From the IMG/VR virus record IMGVR_UViG_3300046170_000408: a stretch of DNA of 64,000 bases, one strand, 5' to 3'. This DNA comes from an uncultured virus (IMG/VR IMGVR_UViG_3300046170_000408). Taxonomy: Duplodnaviria > Heunggongvirae > Uroviricota > Caudoviricetes. Under the pieces are notes generated by a model. It did not search any database and was not told the origin of the DNA. It saw nothing but the letters and a program-made list of their open reading frames with translations. Both the position numbers and the translations under genes were made by a program. Of this stretch, positions 46,631 through 56,768 are shown one piece after another (within the stretch, counting starts at the first letter, position 1; the number at the start of each line of letters is the position of its first letter).

Positions 46631-47821
46631 TTAAAGATTGTCTTCTCCAGCAATATTAATCTTGTACTTTTCTACTCTAAATGGCTTGTCTTCAACAAAA
46701 ACAGTTAGAATATCATTCTTACCTGCTTGGTTAAATTCAACAGCATCAACTTTAAGTTCTGCTCCTTCTGGAAGTCCTTCAACTTCACCTTTAGTAGTTG
46801 CATTTACATAACCATCTTCGATAGAAAGTGTTTCTTCTAAATTAGCAATATCAGCTTTAACTTTAGTAATTTCTGTTTCAATTAAATTATCTGCAGCTTT
46901 AATGTCCGGTAAGTTTCTATCAGCTTCTGCTAATCTACCTCTTTGGTCATATAAGAATGCTAACATTTCTTTTAGAATAGAAATTTTCTCATTTTTCATT
47001 TGAGTTCTTTTAGCGCTCTCTTCTAATAGATCTGCAAATTGTTCTGAAATATCAACACCAGTATTTTCTGCAACAAATTTAATTGCAGCATCTGCTAGCA
47101 TTTTTTGAAACTTAGATATTTTAGTTTCTTCATTTAATCTATAAACAAATGCATTTTTTTCAGCTCTCATTGTAGAAACTACAATATTATCTGATTTAGA
47201 TTCTGTTACAAAATCTAAAACTTTAAATGAGCCAAAGTTTTCTGCTGCTGTTTGGAAAGCTTCTAGTAAAGATTTGTCTGCATATTTAATATAGCCGATA
47301 TTAAAGAATCTTTCTGCTAAAGACTCTTCGTTACCTAAAGTAATTTCAATATTACCAGCAAAAAATTTGTTGGATTCAGCTACATATCTAAATTCAATTA
47401 CTAAAGATTTTTCCTTAGACTCGGCAATTGCCATACCTGTAGTTTCAATTTCTTTATTTACTTCAGAAAGAGCATTACCCCTCTCACCAGCAAGTCTTAA
47501 GTCTTTTGCAGAGTTTTTTAAGAAATCTAGCTTATCATTTAATTCTAAGAATTGACCAAAGTTTTTAACTGAGCCTTCTTCTATTTTAGTAACTGATTGT
47601 TTGTTGTTGTAGTCATAGTAAAATGAAACGCCTGTTTCATTAATATCGAATACTTTATTAGCGGCTACTAGTGTCTGAAATAGATCATTAGTTTCAGTAA
47701 TTGATTCGATATGACTGCCTGTAATTTTAAAGTTAGCTCCTGCTGTATGGAAAAGATGACCTTGTCCACTTTCTAAAACTGGAGATGTAACTTTGTTATT
47801 AACTGTATTTGTCATTATCAA
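46631..47821 (-). CDS. hypothetical late (virion) protein
   Basis: 396 aa, late promoter at 47843-47850. Confidence 0.7.
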   Translation of the reverse strand: MIMTNTVNNKVTSPVLESGQGHLFHTAGANFKITGSHIESITETNDLFQTLVAANKVFDINETGVSFYYDYNNKQSVTKIEEGSVKNFGQFLELNDKLDFLKNSAKDLRLAGERGNALSEVNKEIETTGMAIAESKEKSLVIEFRYVAESNKFFAGNIEITLGNEESLAERFFNIGYIKYADKSLLEAFQTAAENFGSFKVLDFVTESKSDNIVVSTMRAEKNAFVYRLNEETKISKFQKMLADAAIKFVAENTGVDISEQFADLLEESAKRTQMKNEKISILKEMLAFLYDQRGRLAEADRNLPDIKAADNLIETEITKVKADIANLEETLSIEDGYVNATTKGEVEGLPEGAELKVDAVEFNQAGKNDILTVFVEDKPFRVEKYKINIAGEDNL

Positions 47822-47856
47822 GTTATTTTTGTTTTCTTATTCTATATATCATCATA

Positions 47857-48948
47857 TTATTCGTCAATTTTATCACCCCATGGGAAGCGCTTCGCCTTGA
47901 CGGTATATTGGTCTCCTTGTAATGCACTATCTGCTTGGCCACTGCTAGGTGCATTTGTATTACTATTACCAATTGTAAACATTCTATTTGCCTGTTTTCT
48001 ACGTCTAGTAATTCTCTTAATTTGACTTTCTGTAGAAAGTTGTTTACCTAGATCTGCAGCAACATCCGAGCAGGAAACTCCCTCCTCAACTCTAATCCAT
48101 TCTTCACCATTAGATTGCCATTTAGCAGGTTTATAGTTATCAAAATAAATATCCGGTGTTTTACTTGGATCTAAGAATCCATTTGGATCTTCATAGTTTG
48201 AACAAATAACTCCATTTGGAAATACAGTAGAAGACGCGTATGTAGTTCTTGTATACTTTCTATAAGTATCTTCTTCGAAATCAAAGGATGGAATAAATGA
48301 ATTAATTTCTAATGAGAATGTGACTTTATGATTTGCTTTATCGTCAAATGAGTATTCGATCGGACGCTCTTGTGAATAATCATCTGGCATCATATACTCA
48401 GATGAAATTCTATAAGTACCCTCTTCTAAGTGTCCAGCATCTACATGATAAAAATTAGCCTTATACATTTTCTTTACAATAGCCTCAGTAACTTTAAATA
48501 GATCTAACTGACTTGATACTAAAATTTCTATATCAACTCCAATCGAACATGGAATCATTTCGAACTCAGCAACATAACCTTCCATTAATCCCTCTTCGTT
48601 CATCATCATATAATTACCCATGTTTCTTTTATTAACTAGTTTAGAAGGGTCTACTGCAAATGATGTTAGATTTACAATACCTCTTGGTACTTTATCGTAG
48701 TTACCATCTGCAAAATCACCATCAGGGTCACATCCTAGTCCGTTTACATTTGAAAATAGAAAATTATCTTTCATGAAGTTTTCATCTCCAGAAACTGCGT
48801 AGAAGAATGGAACATCTATTTCCACTCTTTCATCATTACTAACTTGTCTAAAAAAACTAAGTTTAGAGTTCAGGTCAGCTAATAGTCCCACGATGACGTG
48901 TCTAATAACTGAATCGTCTTTATTAAATTTTAAATTATATGTTGCCAT
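47857..48948 (-). CDS. tail terminator / sheath stabilizer (gp15-like)
   Basis: IRHVIVGLLADL...IDVPFFY...VPRG; late promoter. Confidence 0.7.
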   Translation of the reverse strand: MATYNLKFNKDDSVIRHVIVGLLADLNSKLSFFRQVSNDERVEIDVPFFYAVSGDENFMKDNFLFSNVNGLGCDPDGDFADGNYDKVPRGIVNLTSFAVDPSKLVNKRNMGNYMMMNEEGLMEGYVAEFEMIPCSIGVDIEILVSSQLDLFKVTEAIVKKMYKANFYHVDAGHLEEGTYRISSEYMMPDDYSQERPIEYSFDDKANHKVTFSLEINSFIPSFDFEEDTYRKYTRTTYASSTVFPNGVICSNYEDPNGFLDPSKTPDIYFDNYKPAKWQSNGEEWIRVEEGVSCSDVAADLGKQLSTESQIKRITRRRKQANRMFTIGNSNTNAPSSGQADSALQGDQYTVKAKRFPWGDKIDE

Positions 48949-48976
48949 AGATTATATATCATACTTCTAAATAAAC

Positions 48977-49008
48977 AAAAATGGCCAATATTTCTATTGG
49001 CCATTTTT
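48977..49008. terminator. intrinsic terminator
   Basis: AAAAATGGCCAATA-TTTC-TATTGGCCATTTTT. Confidence 0.85.
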
Positions 49009-49030
49009 ACATTAATGTATAATTACTTTA

Positions 49031-49732
49031 TTAAATCTCACAAATCGCCGTTTTAGGAGATTCATCGTGAGCAATGTAGTTTGTTAACTCTGTTGAGCCA
49101 TTAACAATATAAACTGAAGTACCATCCCATTCTTCTGCCCCAGACGCTATTAGGACTTGGTTAAAGTCGTATGCTTGTTCTTGTATAAGAATTTCACTAG
49201 ATGGTGTTCTTAAGACTCCAGTTACTTCTGGGTTCTGACAAGATCTAATATTCCAATATTTGTAAGCATTTGGAGGTCTAGTTGTTGCTGGTTCTGCAGC
49301 TGGTGCATCATTCGTTGTCCAACAAGAGTTTAGATTTACCCAAGTATATGCGTCACCTGCTGTTGCTGAAGGATCATCGCCTCTTAAAGCTTGAATTTCA
49401 TTTACTTTAATTAAAAAATCTGCATCTGTACCGTCAAATTTTCTAAATGCAATCCAAGCGCCTTTATCACCTGGAGTACCATCGTCACCTTGGTCACCTT
49501 CTGTATTAAACTGTACAAATACATCTTCTGCATTTACCATAGTATACGCAATATAGTCTGGATGTACTTCTTCATCAGGTCCCATATAGTATGCATGTTC
49601 GTTTGGAATATATCCAGTGGGCGTAGATGGTGTAGTAACGTCAGCTGCTAAGAGATTGCCATTCTTTGTGAATTGAGCAGGCTCTGGAGATGCGTTGTTA
49701 ATCATGTAGCCAAATAATCTTGATGTTGCCAT
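49031..49732 (-). CDS. hypothetical late protein, possibly virion decoration
   Basis: Own late promoter (49760-49768) and terminator. Confidence 0.65.
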   Translation of the reverse strand: MATSRLFGYMINNASPEPAQFTKNGNLLAADVTTPSTPTGYIPNEHAYYMGPDEEVHPDYIAYTMVNAEDVFVQFNTEGDQGDDGTPGDKGAWIAFRKFDGTDADFLIKVNEIQALRGDDPSATAGDAYTWVNLNSCWTTNDAPAAEPATTRPPNAYKYWNIRSCQNPEVTGVLRTPSSEILIQEQAYDFNQVLIASGAEEWDGTSVYIVNGSTELTNYIAHDESPKTAICEI

Positions 49733-49772
49733 AATTAGTTTGTATGTTTTGTATTTTTATTATATATCCCTA

Positions 49773-51443
49773 TTAATCGATACTTTCGATAGTAAACTTA
49801 GAGAAGCCGTTCTCTCTATATATTTGAATCTTTTTATCAAATATCTCATGTGGTAAAACAGAGTGATTAATTACAAAAGTATTTATCTTATGTTCTTTGA
49901 TAACTTGATTAAGTATCTTAAGAATATTATAGACTCCATCGTGGTCTACAGAAGATAATAGCTCATCTAAGAATAAAAGATTTAATTGTGGAAACCTTAG
50001 TTTTAATATTTTAATAATAGCAACAATAACAATAAAGTCTGCTTTCTTACGTTCACCTGTTGAAAGTGTCATTGGATTAATATCTTCACCTAGGTGATTA
50101 ATAATACAATTAAACTTCTCGTCAAATCTAATATGGAATTGTAGGTGCATGGTTTGAGCCATGGCTGCAATATTAGTATTAAGTCCTGGTAGAATAGTTT
50201 TAACTGCTAAGTTCTTGACACCATCTTCTCCTAAGACTTGTTCAACGATTTCCATAAAGTTATAGTCTCCATTTAACTGATCTTTACTTGCAGATTTCTC
50301 AGCTTCTTTTTCTTCAAACTCTGTAATAAGTCCTCTTAAGTGATCGAAGTCTGCACCCTCTGGAGTATCTTTTAACTTCATTAATTCCGCCTTAAGACCA
50401 CGCATCGTTACTTTATTATCTGAGATCTGACCTTCTAAATCTAGTTTAGCAGTTCTAGCCTTTAAAACTTTATCTTGTAGAGCATCCATCTCTGTTTTAA
50501 TAGACTTAATATCATTTGTACTGGCATCAATCTTTTCAGTAAAAGAATCTTTTTGTTTTACGTGCCAATCAGAAGTTAACTTAGTTTCACAAGTTGGACA
50601 ATGTCCACTCTCATATAGTTTTAACTTCTTATTTAGATAATCAATTTCTCTTTTAATATCTCCAGCCTCAGTTCTCTTTTCATTGTATTCTTTATTGAAC
50701 TTATTCATCGCATCTTCTTCCTTCGTACGATTAGCTTCAATATCTAATACAGTTTCATGTAGAGTAACTAATTGGTCTTTTAATTCTTGGATCTTAGATT
50801 TATTTGCAGTTTTAGATTCTGCAAGTAGAGTATTTAATTTACCTTTAACTGATCCAATTGAATTCATTATCTCATTTAACTCAGCATCATAAGCATCAAT
50901 ATCAAATTTAATATCTCTACGTTCGTCTTTGATTTGCCTTTGCATATCATTAAGAATAGAGAAACCAAACATTCTATCGATAATCTGCTTCTTGTCTTGA
51001 TTTGACATAGTTAAAAATGATTTAAAATCATTTACTGATAGAATAATTATATTTTTAAATACATGATATGGAATACCGAATACTTCGTCTTCTAAATACT
51101 CTTGTACAGATTTCTTACCTGCTTTATCAAACTCAACTCCATTAATTAAGACGCTAAATCTATTTGGTGCAATACCACGCTCTATTTCTATAGCCATAGT
51201 ACCACATTGTAAACCAATCTTTACATGAAGTTCTTTGTTAATACGATTAGGTAGGTCTGCTAATTTAACACCTTCTACTTTTCCATATAGAGCATAGATA
51301 ATAGCATTAGCAATAGTAGTTTTACCATCACCATTTTTACCTAGAGTTAAAAATAACTCAGATGTATCTTGTTTAAAATCTATTCGTTGTCTTTGGTTTC
51401 CGTATGAAGCAAAGTTCTTAAACTCAATATAGTCTATTCTCAT
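49773..51443 (-). CDS. recombination ATPase subunit (gp46, Rad50/SbcC-like)
   Basis: FKNFASYGN, GKNGDGKTT, CPTC hook, LSTGE, LFLDE. Confidence 0.95.
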   Translation of the reverse strand: MRIDYIEFKNFASYGNQRQRIDFKQDTSELFLTLGKNGDGKTTIANAIIYALYGKVEGVKLADLPNRINKELHVKIGLQCGTMAIEIERGIAPNRFSVLINGVEFDKAGKKSVQEYLEDEVFGIPYHVFKNIIILSVNDFKSFLTMSNQDKKQIIDRMFGFSILNDMQRQIKDERRDIKFDIDAYDAELNEIMNSIGSVKGKLNTLLAESKTANKSKIQELKDQLVTLHETVLDIEANRTKEEDAMNKFNKEYNEKRTEAGDIKREIDYLNKKLKLYESGHCPTCETKLTSDWHVKQKDSFTEKIDASTNDIKSIKTEMDALQDKVLKARTAKLDLEGQISDNKVTMRGLKAELMKLKDTPEGADFDHLRGLITEFEEKEAEKSASKDQLNGDYNFMEIVEQVLGEDGVKNLAVKTILPGLNTNIAAMAQTMHLQFHIRFDEKFNCIINHLGEDINPMTLSTGERKKADFIVIVAIIKILKLRFPQLNLLFLDELLSSVDHDGVYNILKILNQVIKEHKINTFVINHSVLPHEIFDKKIQIYRENGFSKFTIESID

Positions 51444-52558
51444 TATTTGTCGGTGTCATAATTGTAAGCACATTGCGTATACAATTGTTTTAACTTGCTC
51501 TTTAGTTTTAGAGCTAAATCCTCGTCTTGTTTCATACCATCAATATACATATTGCAAAGATTAAGAATATTGTAATTCTTGTACATCTCTTCAATTTCAT
51601 TAATGTCATAAAAGTCTTTATCGATATATGAATCTTCTTCATAAATATTCGGTTCTAACTTTCTAGAAATATTTTGAATTTCATTAACCAACTGGCTTAA
51701 TGCATTGGTTGTAGCGATTTGTGAAGGTACGAATAGATCTACAAAGTTATTTTCTATTTGTTCCTTAAACTTGCCGAGAGGCATATCATATAGCGCTTTA
51801 ATGTTATATCTTAGAAATTTAGGGGAAATATGATTCTCAAAGAAAGTCTCTTCCATATTTTCTAAATTGACTAAATCAAATCCTTTCGGATTATCTCTAT
51901 CGGATCTTGTTAATTGATATGGTACACCGACCATTAGTAGTTTACCTCTTTCCTGTCTGAAGTGGATATGACCAGAGTAAACTCTTGTATATTTGTCATA
52001 GATGTTAGAATCTGTACCATGCTCATTCTTAACTTTAGCATTAAGGTAAATACCTCTAACTTCTGAGTGACAATATACAATATCTGCTTGTGGATAATCT
52101 GCTAGAGTTTCTGCTTCATGTTCTGCATCTCTTCTCCACGGCATTAATAATACATTCTTACCAGACCAATTTAAAAGTTCTGGCTCTTTGTAAACCTGTA
52201 CATTAGGAATCCATTTTAAACTATCGATTGATGAAATATCATTTGACTTCTTAGCCCAAATATCATGGTTACCGCAGATTACATAACATGGTAGAATTTG
52301 ACCTAGTCTTTCAAATAGATCCACGGCATAGCTTAATACCTTAATATTAATAGACTGTCTATTATCAAAAGTATCTCCTACTTGTACTAATACATCACCT
52401 GGTTGTACATGCTTCTTCAATGTTGGGATAAACATATTCTCGAAGAAGTCTTTTTGGATATTTAGCCACTCGACCGAGTTTGCTCTTACACCAAAGTGTA
52501 AGTCTCCAAGGACCCATACTCTTTTGGCTCCCTGTTTAATTACCTTGGGTTCAATCAT
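51443..52558 (-). CDS. recombination nuclease subunit (gp47, Mre11/SbcD-like)
   Basis: GDLHFG, GDTFD, GNHD, SGHIH. Confidence 0.95.
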   Translation of the reverse strand: MIEPKVIKQGAKRVWVLGDLHFGVRANSVEWLNIQKDFFENMFIPTLKKHVQPGDVLVQVGDTFDNRQSINIKVLSYAVDLFERLGQILPCYVICGNHDIWAKKSNDISSIDSLKWIPNVQVYKEPELLNWSGKNVLLMPWRRDAEHEAETLADYPQADIVYCHSEVRGIYLNAKVKNEHGTDSNIYDKYTRVYSGHIHFRQERGKLLMVGVPYQLTRSDRDNPKGFDLVNLENMEETFFENHISPKFLRYNIKALYDMPLGKFKEQIENNFVDLFVPSQIATTNALSQLVNEIQNISRKLEPNIYEEDSYIDKDFYDINEIEEMYKNYNILNLCNMYIDGMKQDEDLALKLKSKLKQLYTQCAYNYDTDK

Positions 52559-52993
52559 TTAAAATAACTTTTTAATGTTCTTCTTTTCTAAAATACCTGT
52601 TTTTCTATCTAGCTCTTGAATAAGATCTTCCTTATATACATTAGAAAGAGAGCTATAAAATTTTGCTGGTTTAATATCGAAGTAAATACACATCTCACTA
52701 AATAAGTCTATCTTAGACCAATTATTACCAATTTCGTCTATAATATAACCATACACGTCATTGACGTCATTCTTTTTTAATTTATTACATCTTCCCTGTT
52801 CGTCGATTTCATTAAAAACTTTAAACCTAGATGCTAAAATTAATTCATGAATCTTTCTAGCGATCATTTCATAATGAATTCTCTCTTCTTCATCTTGGTT
52901 GTTTTTAACAGAGGGATCTAATTCAAAGCTGATATTACCTAATTCAAACTCTGGTGTATCGAAACTGTTATTAAAGATTTTATCATTTGCCAT
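52559..52993 (-). CDS. possible late transcription coactivator (gp33-like)
   Basis: IDLFSEMCIYFDI...SLSNVYKEDLIQE resembles the gp33 helical core; C-terminal KKLF. Confidence 0.45.
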   Translation of the reverse strand: MANDKIFNNSFDTPEFELGNISFELDPSVKNNQDEEERIHYEMIARKIHELILASRFKVFNEIDEQGRCNKLKKNDVNDVYGYIIDEIGNNWSKIDLFSEMCIYFDIKPAKFYSSLSNVYKEDLIQELDRKTGILEKKNIKKLF

Positions 52994-53007
52994 ATTGTTT
53001 TTTATTT

Positions 53008-54324
53008 TTAAATGCTATGAATACTTGATGTGCTAATGTCGTCGGTTTCAATTAGTCGCATAAAGTTATAGTCAACATTTAACTTACACTTATTACCTTT
53101 ACCCTCACCATCTCTAATTTTCAATACCTTTAACCAATACTCTTGGTTAGCACGCATTAAGTCGTCTTGGATAATACCAAGCATTACGTCAGCGGTATGT
53201 GAAAGACCTGCAGATTCTGCAACGTCCGACATGGAAATATCTGAAGAATTATAGCCGTTTCTGTTTATTTGAGTTGCTGTGACAATCAACCAATTGTTAC
53301 GAATACCCATAGCACGAAGGTCCTCTGCAATTTGCTTGATCTTCATATATGTATTCTCCGTATTTTGGTTACGATAATTGGCTAAGATATTAATATAGTC
53401 AATGACAACCGCTCCTACTTTGATCTGTAACTCTTCTTCTATTTGTGCAACATAGGCTTCAATATCTAAGACTGTAGCCTGTGATGTTGGGAATTGTTTT
53501 ACATAAAGTTGTCCAGGAGGAGTGAACCCGTCACCAACCGTTTCTAACCTTCTTTTAATGTGGTCCCTGTTTTTAGCCTTCTCAGCATAATCATTAATAT
53601 TAATACTAAGAAGATTAGAACCAATTCTTTTTACAAATTTATGGGCTGCCATTTCCGCAGTAATTACTACAGTATTAGTTCCCATCTTGACAAAGTTAGC
53701 TGCATCATTTGCTAAGTAAATAGATTTACCGATATTCTGTTCACCAGCATAAACTACAAGGTTACCACCTTTGTCATAACCACCACCTAACATTCGGTCT
53801 AAGAAATTGTAACCTGTACTAACTTTCTCAGATTCTTTCTGGTCGTGTGCATCAAAATCAAAGAAGTTAAGACCAAGATCAGAATTAAATGTTAAGTTAT
53901 TTCTATCGTTAATTAAACCCTTTACTTTGGTTACGATAGCTTCTACGTTTTCTGGATTAACATCAGTGGTTTTAATATACTCAATTGTATCTGTTAATGA
54001 GTTATTAAATGTTCTCCACTTAATCCAAGCTTCTGCAGTATTAGTTAGCCACTCCTCATCGTATTTGTCTAGGTCTACATCAAAGATCATATCTAAGATA
54101 CCATCTGAAACTCTCTCCTTAGACTTAGGATGATTTTGAACTAATAACTTTAAATTCTCTCTAGTTGGAGTCTCATTAAATTTAGCATAGAACTTATTAG
54201 CTAAAAAACTTAAGGCATCAATTTCTTCTGAAGTATAGAAGTTAAATTTAATTGCCTGTAAGTATTTTGGCTTCTCTAATGAGAGTCTAAAGAATATTTT
54301 TTCAAAGTCTTGTCCGAACTGCAT
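53008..54324 (-). CDS. replicative helicase (gp41, DnaB-like)
   Basis: GEQNIGKS, VIDYINI, TATQINR, SDVAESAGL. Confidence 0.95.
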   Translation of the reverse strand: MQFGQDFEKIFFRLSLEKPKYLQAIKFNFYTSEEIDALSFLANKFYAKFNETPTRENLKLLVQNHPKSKERVSDGILDMIFDVDLDKYDEEWLTNTAEAWIKWRTFNNSLTDTIEYIKTTDVNPENVEAIVTKVKGLINDRNNLTFNSDLGLNFFDFDAHDQKESEKVSTGYNFLDRMLGGGYDKGGNLVVYAGEQNIGKSIYLANDAANFVKMGTNTVVITAEMAAHKFVKRIGSNLLSININDYAEKAKNRDHIKRRLETVGDGFTPPGQLYVKQFPTSQATVLDIEAYVAQIEEELQIKVGAVVIDYINILANYRNQNTENTYMKIKQIAEDLRAMGIRNNWLIVTATQINRNGYNSSDISMSDVAESAGLSHTADVMLGIIQDDLMRANQEYWLKVLKIRDGEGKGNKCKLNVDYNFMRLIETDDISTSSIHSI

Positions 54325-54331
54325 ATTATTT

Positions 54332-54913
54332 TTATTGTTCTATGACTAAATGTCCTTTTTGTTTAGAATAAGGTTCATCTTCCCATAAGTTAATTGCAAT
54401 AGCATTTCTAATACCTCGTGTAACTTGCTGGACTGTGTGTAGATCGTTCCCAGCTTTAAAGATGATAAATCTATTAGGTTTTGCTTTGATGACCTCTGGT
54501 GTCGAATCTCGGCCTTCTGTGTATATTGCAAGATCACCTCCATCAAAATCTTGTCCTGCTGGATAATATACACTACCTATAATTGGGCTTACAACTTCTT
54601 CAGTTTTTTCAAACCAGGCTTCATCTTTATCAAAATGTATATTTAGGTTATCACTCCAGCCATCTTCAATATTTGCTGCTGTTTGAATACCAGTCCAATA
54701 CTCAAAGCCATCAATACTATAGCCTTGTGAAATAGGGCAATTCTCTCCCCATACATATTGAATTACTTTTTTAGTTGTATTATTTGCTGGAGTATTCCAC
54801 CAACCATTCCAGTACTTATACTTACCTGGATCTCTAAAAATATGTTTATAGTTTATCTCGATCTCTTTCAATAGAGTCGGATCTTTTATGAAATTGTCAA
54901 ATACTGCTATCAT
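54332..54913 (-). CDS. 2OG-Fe(II) oxygenase
   Basis: HFDKDE, VYY, GGDL, PNR, H...R. Confidence 0.85.
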   Translation of the reverse strand: MIAVFDNFIKDPTLLKEIEINYKHIFRDPGKYKYWNGWWNTPANNTTKKVIQYVWGENCPISQGYSIDGFEYWTGIQTAANIEDGWSDNLNIHFDKDEAWFEKTEEVVSPIIGSVYYPAGQDFDGGDLAIYTEGRDSTPEVIKAKPNRFIIFKAGNDLHTVQQVTRGIRNAIAINLWEDEPYSKQKGHLVIEQ

Positions 54914-55209
54914 TCGAATGGGTTTATTAAAATTTTAAAAGCCTCTTTACCGGGCTCTTCGTTTGTTTGTTCACATAAACCTAATATTACCAATTCTTTT
55001 GCAGATTCTAAAATTTTATCTGGTTCAGATTCTGGGAATCTATAAGTTTTTAATGCATGGTAGGTAAAGCTACCTTTATATCTGTCTGGGTTTCTATTAC
55101 ACAGTTTTACTTCAGCTTGTAAAACATCTAGAGCGGTTGGATAATCTGGTAGATCTTTTTCTATCCCTAGGATATACTTGATCGGTAGCTTATCCTTATT
55201 AATCTTCAT
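54910..55209 (-). CDS. hypothetical protein
   Basis: ORF in operon. Confidence 0.65.
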   Translation of the reverse strand: MKINKDKLPIKYILGIEKDLPDYPTALDVLQAEVKLCNRNPDRYKGSFTYHALKTYRFPESEPDKILESAKELVILGLCEQTNEEPGKEAFKILINPFE

Positions 55210-56311
55210 CTTCTACTTCTAGTAACTCATCTACGTTTAGCTCTCTGTGTTCAGTGCTATAATTGAATATTGGCTGAATCTTCTTTTCAATCTTTTGTAG
55301 AATCTCTTCTGTAAATACTTTATCTGTAAAGAACTCTGCATTAGGTACTGCTTCATCTAAGTGTTTACAAATCCAACCTCTTGCTGTAGCCTTAGGAGTT
55401 TTAACTCCCTTTTCAATACTACCTTTTGCAATACCGATTTCTTCCCAATCAATATATTGCTCTAAGCCAACATATCTGTTCATACCCTCTGTAAAGTGTA
55501 AGTGGAATTTAATTGGATGTGGTTTTGCAAATCTATTTTTATTTGGTTTAGCTGTTACAATAATACCAGTCTTTTCGCCACCTTCTTTCAACTGAGCTTT
55601 ACCTAAGAATAAAACTATTGAAGCTGCATATTCTGGTCCAGTACCACCACCTGCTACAGTCTGAGAAATAAATGACTGTGTTTGATATGTGTGGTTAGTA
55701 AAGATAAATGGTATCTTAAGATCTGCAAGTGGAGTCATAATAATTCTAAAGATAGACTTTAAGATTTTAGATCTAGTCATATCTGATTTTTCAGATCCGG
55801 TTTTAGCATCATCAATTTCTTTTGCAGTTGCTAAGTTACCTGCTGAATCTAAAATAATCATTACTTTGGGCGTTTCACCACCAGCTCTTTTTACCTCTTG
55901 CATTTTAGAGGTAATTGTAGTTACTGATTGTCTAAACTCTTGTACAGTATTACATGGTTGGTAGTTTACTTTATTAGTATCAATACCAAACTTCTTCATC
56001 AACTCTCTATCAACTGCTGCTTCTGAATCATAAAAGATAACACTATATCCCATATCAATTGCTCTTGCAATCGAGTTTAAAATTAGGTATGTTTTACCAG
56101 TTCCTGAAGGTCCTGCAATTGAACAAGATCTATTGTTAGGCCATCCACCAAATAGTGAACCACTAACACATGCGTTTAAATGATAGTTACCAGTATCGAT
56201 CCACTCTGTAACTTCACTAAAATTAGAATGTTCCATAACGGAACCTAGCGGATTAAGGTCCGCTAACTCTTTATTAATGTCATCAAAACTAAATGCTTTC
56301 TTTTTTGCCAT
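55199..56311 (-). CDS. uvsX: RecA-like recombinase
   Basis: AGPSGTGKT, YDSE, LDSAGNL, NHTY, GGG; start moved to MAKKK because a promoter lies at 56331-56358. Confidence 0.93.
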   Translation of the reverse strand: MAKKKAFSFDDINKELADLNPLGSVMEHSNFSEVTEWIDTGNYHLNACVSGSLFGGWPNNRSCSIAGPSGTGKTYLILNSIARAIDMGYSVIFYDSEAAVDRELMKKFGIDTNKVNYQPCNTVQEFRQSVTTITSKMQEVKRAGGETPKVMIILDSAGNLATAKEIDDAKTGSEKSDMTRSKILKSIFRIIMTPLADLKIPFIFTNHTYQTQSFISQTVAGGGTGPEYAASIVLFLGKAQLKEGGEKTGIIVTAKPNKNRFAKPHPIKFHLHFTEGMNRYVGLEQYIDWEEIGIAKGSIEKGVKTPKATARGWICKHLDEAVPNAEFFTDKVFTEEILQKIEKKIQPIFNYSTEHRELNVDELLEVEDED

Positions 56312-56354
56312 TGTATTCTTTTGTTTATTATTATATGTGGAATTACTAGATTGT

Positions 56355-56555
56355 TTAGAGTATATTGTCTTCGCCAAATTCAGCTTTTTCTTTTGCTCTA
56401 AGCTTATCTAATTCTTCCATATAGTATTTAGCCTTTCCGCTTAATACTCTAATTTGATCTTGCACATCTGCTAGACCATGTAAGATTCTTTGGTATTCTC
56501 TTACGTATTCCTGCTGGTTTTCCGGTAAATCTTCTATCTTAATTTTACCTTCCAT
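56355..56555 (-). CDS. hypothetical protein
   Basis: ORF in operon. Confidence 0.6.
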   Translation of the reverse strand: MEGKIKIEDLPENQQEYVREYQRILHGLADVQDQIRVLSGKAKYYMEELDKLRAKEKAEFGEDNIL

Positions 56556-56764
56556 TAGTCCTCAGCTCTTCTTGCAACGCTATCAATATCTGCGTCGATA
56601 ATAGGTTCATCACCAAAATCAAATTTAAGTTGAAGATGGTTTTGTGATTGTTTTTGCCAATTGGTCCAGTAATAATTTCTTACTGCTTCTCCTAATTCCA
56701 TATCATTAGGAAATGTTTCTACCAATTCCATGATTTTTCTAAATTTGTAATATGTTCCGTCCAT
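56555..56764 (-). CDS. hypothetical protein
   Basis: PNDMELGEAVR motif. Confidence 0.6.
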   Translation of the reverse strand: MDGTYYKFRKIMELVETFPNDMELGEAVRNYYWTNWQKQSQNHLQLKFDFGDEPIIDADIDSVARRAED

Positions 56765-56768
56765 AATT

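Noticed and set aside
56312..56377. N-terminal extension of UvsX in the ORF track
   Set aside because: Overlaps the upstream gene and contains a middle-type promoter; MAKKK start preferred
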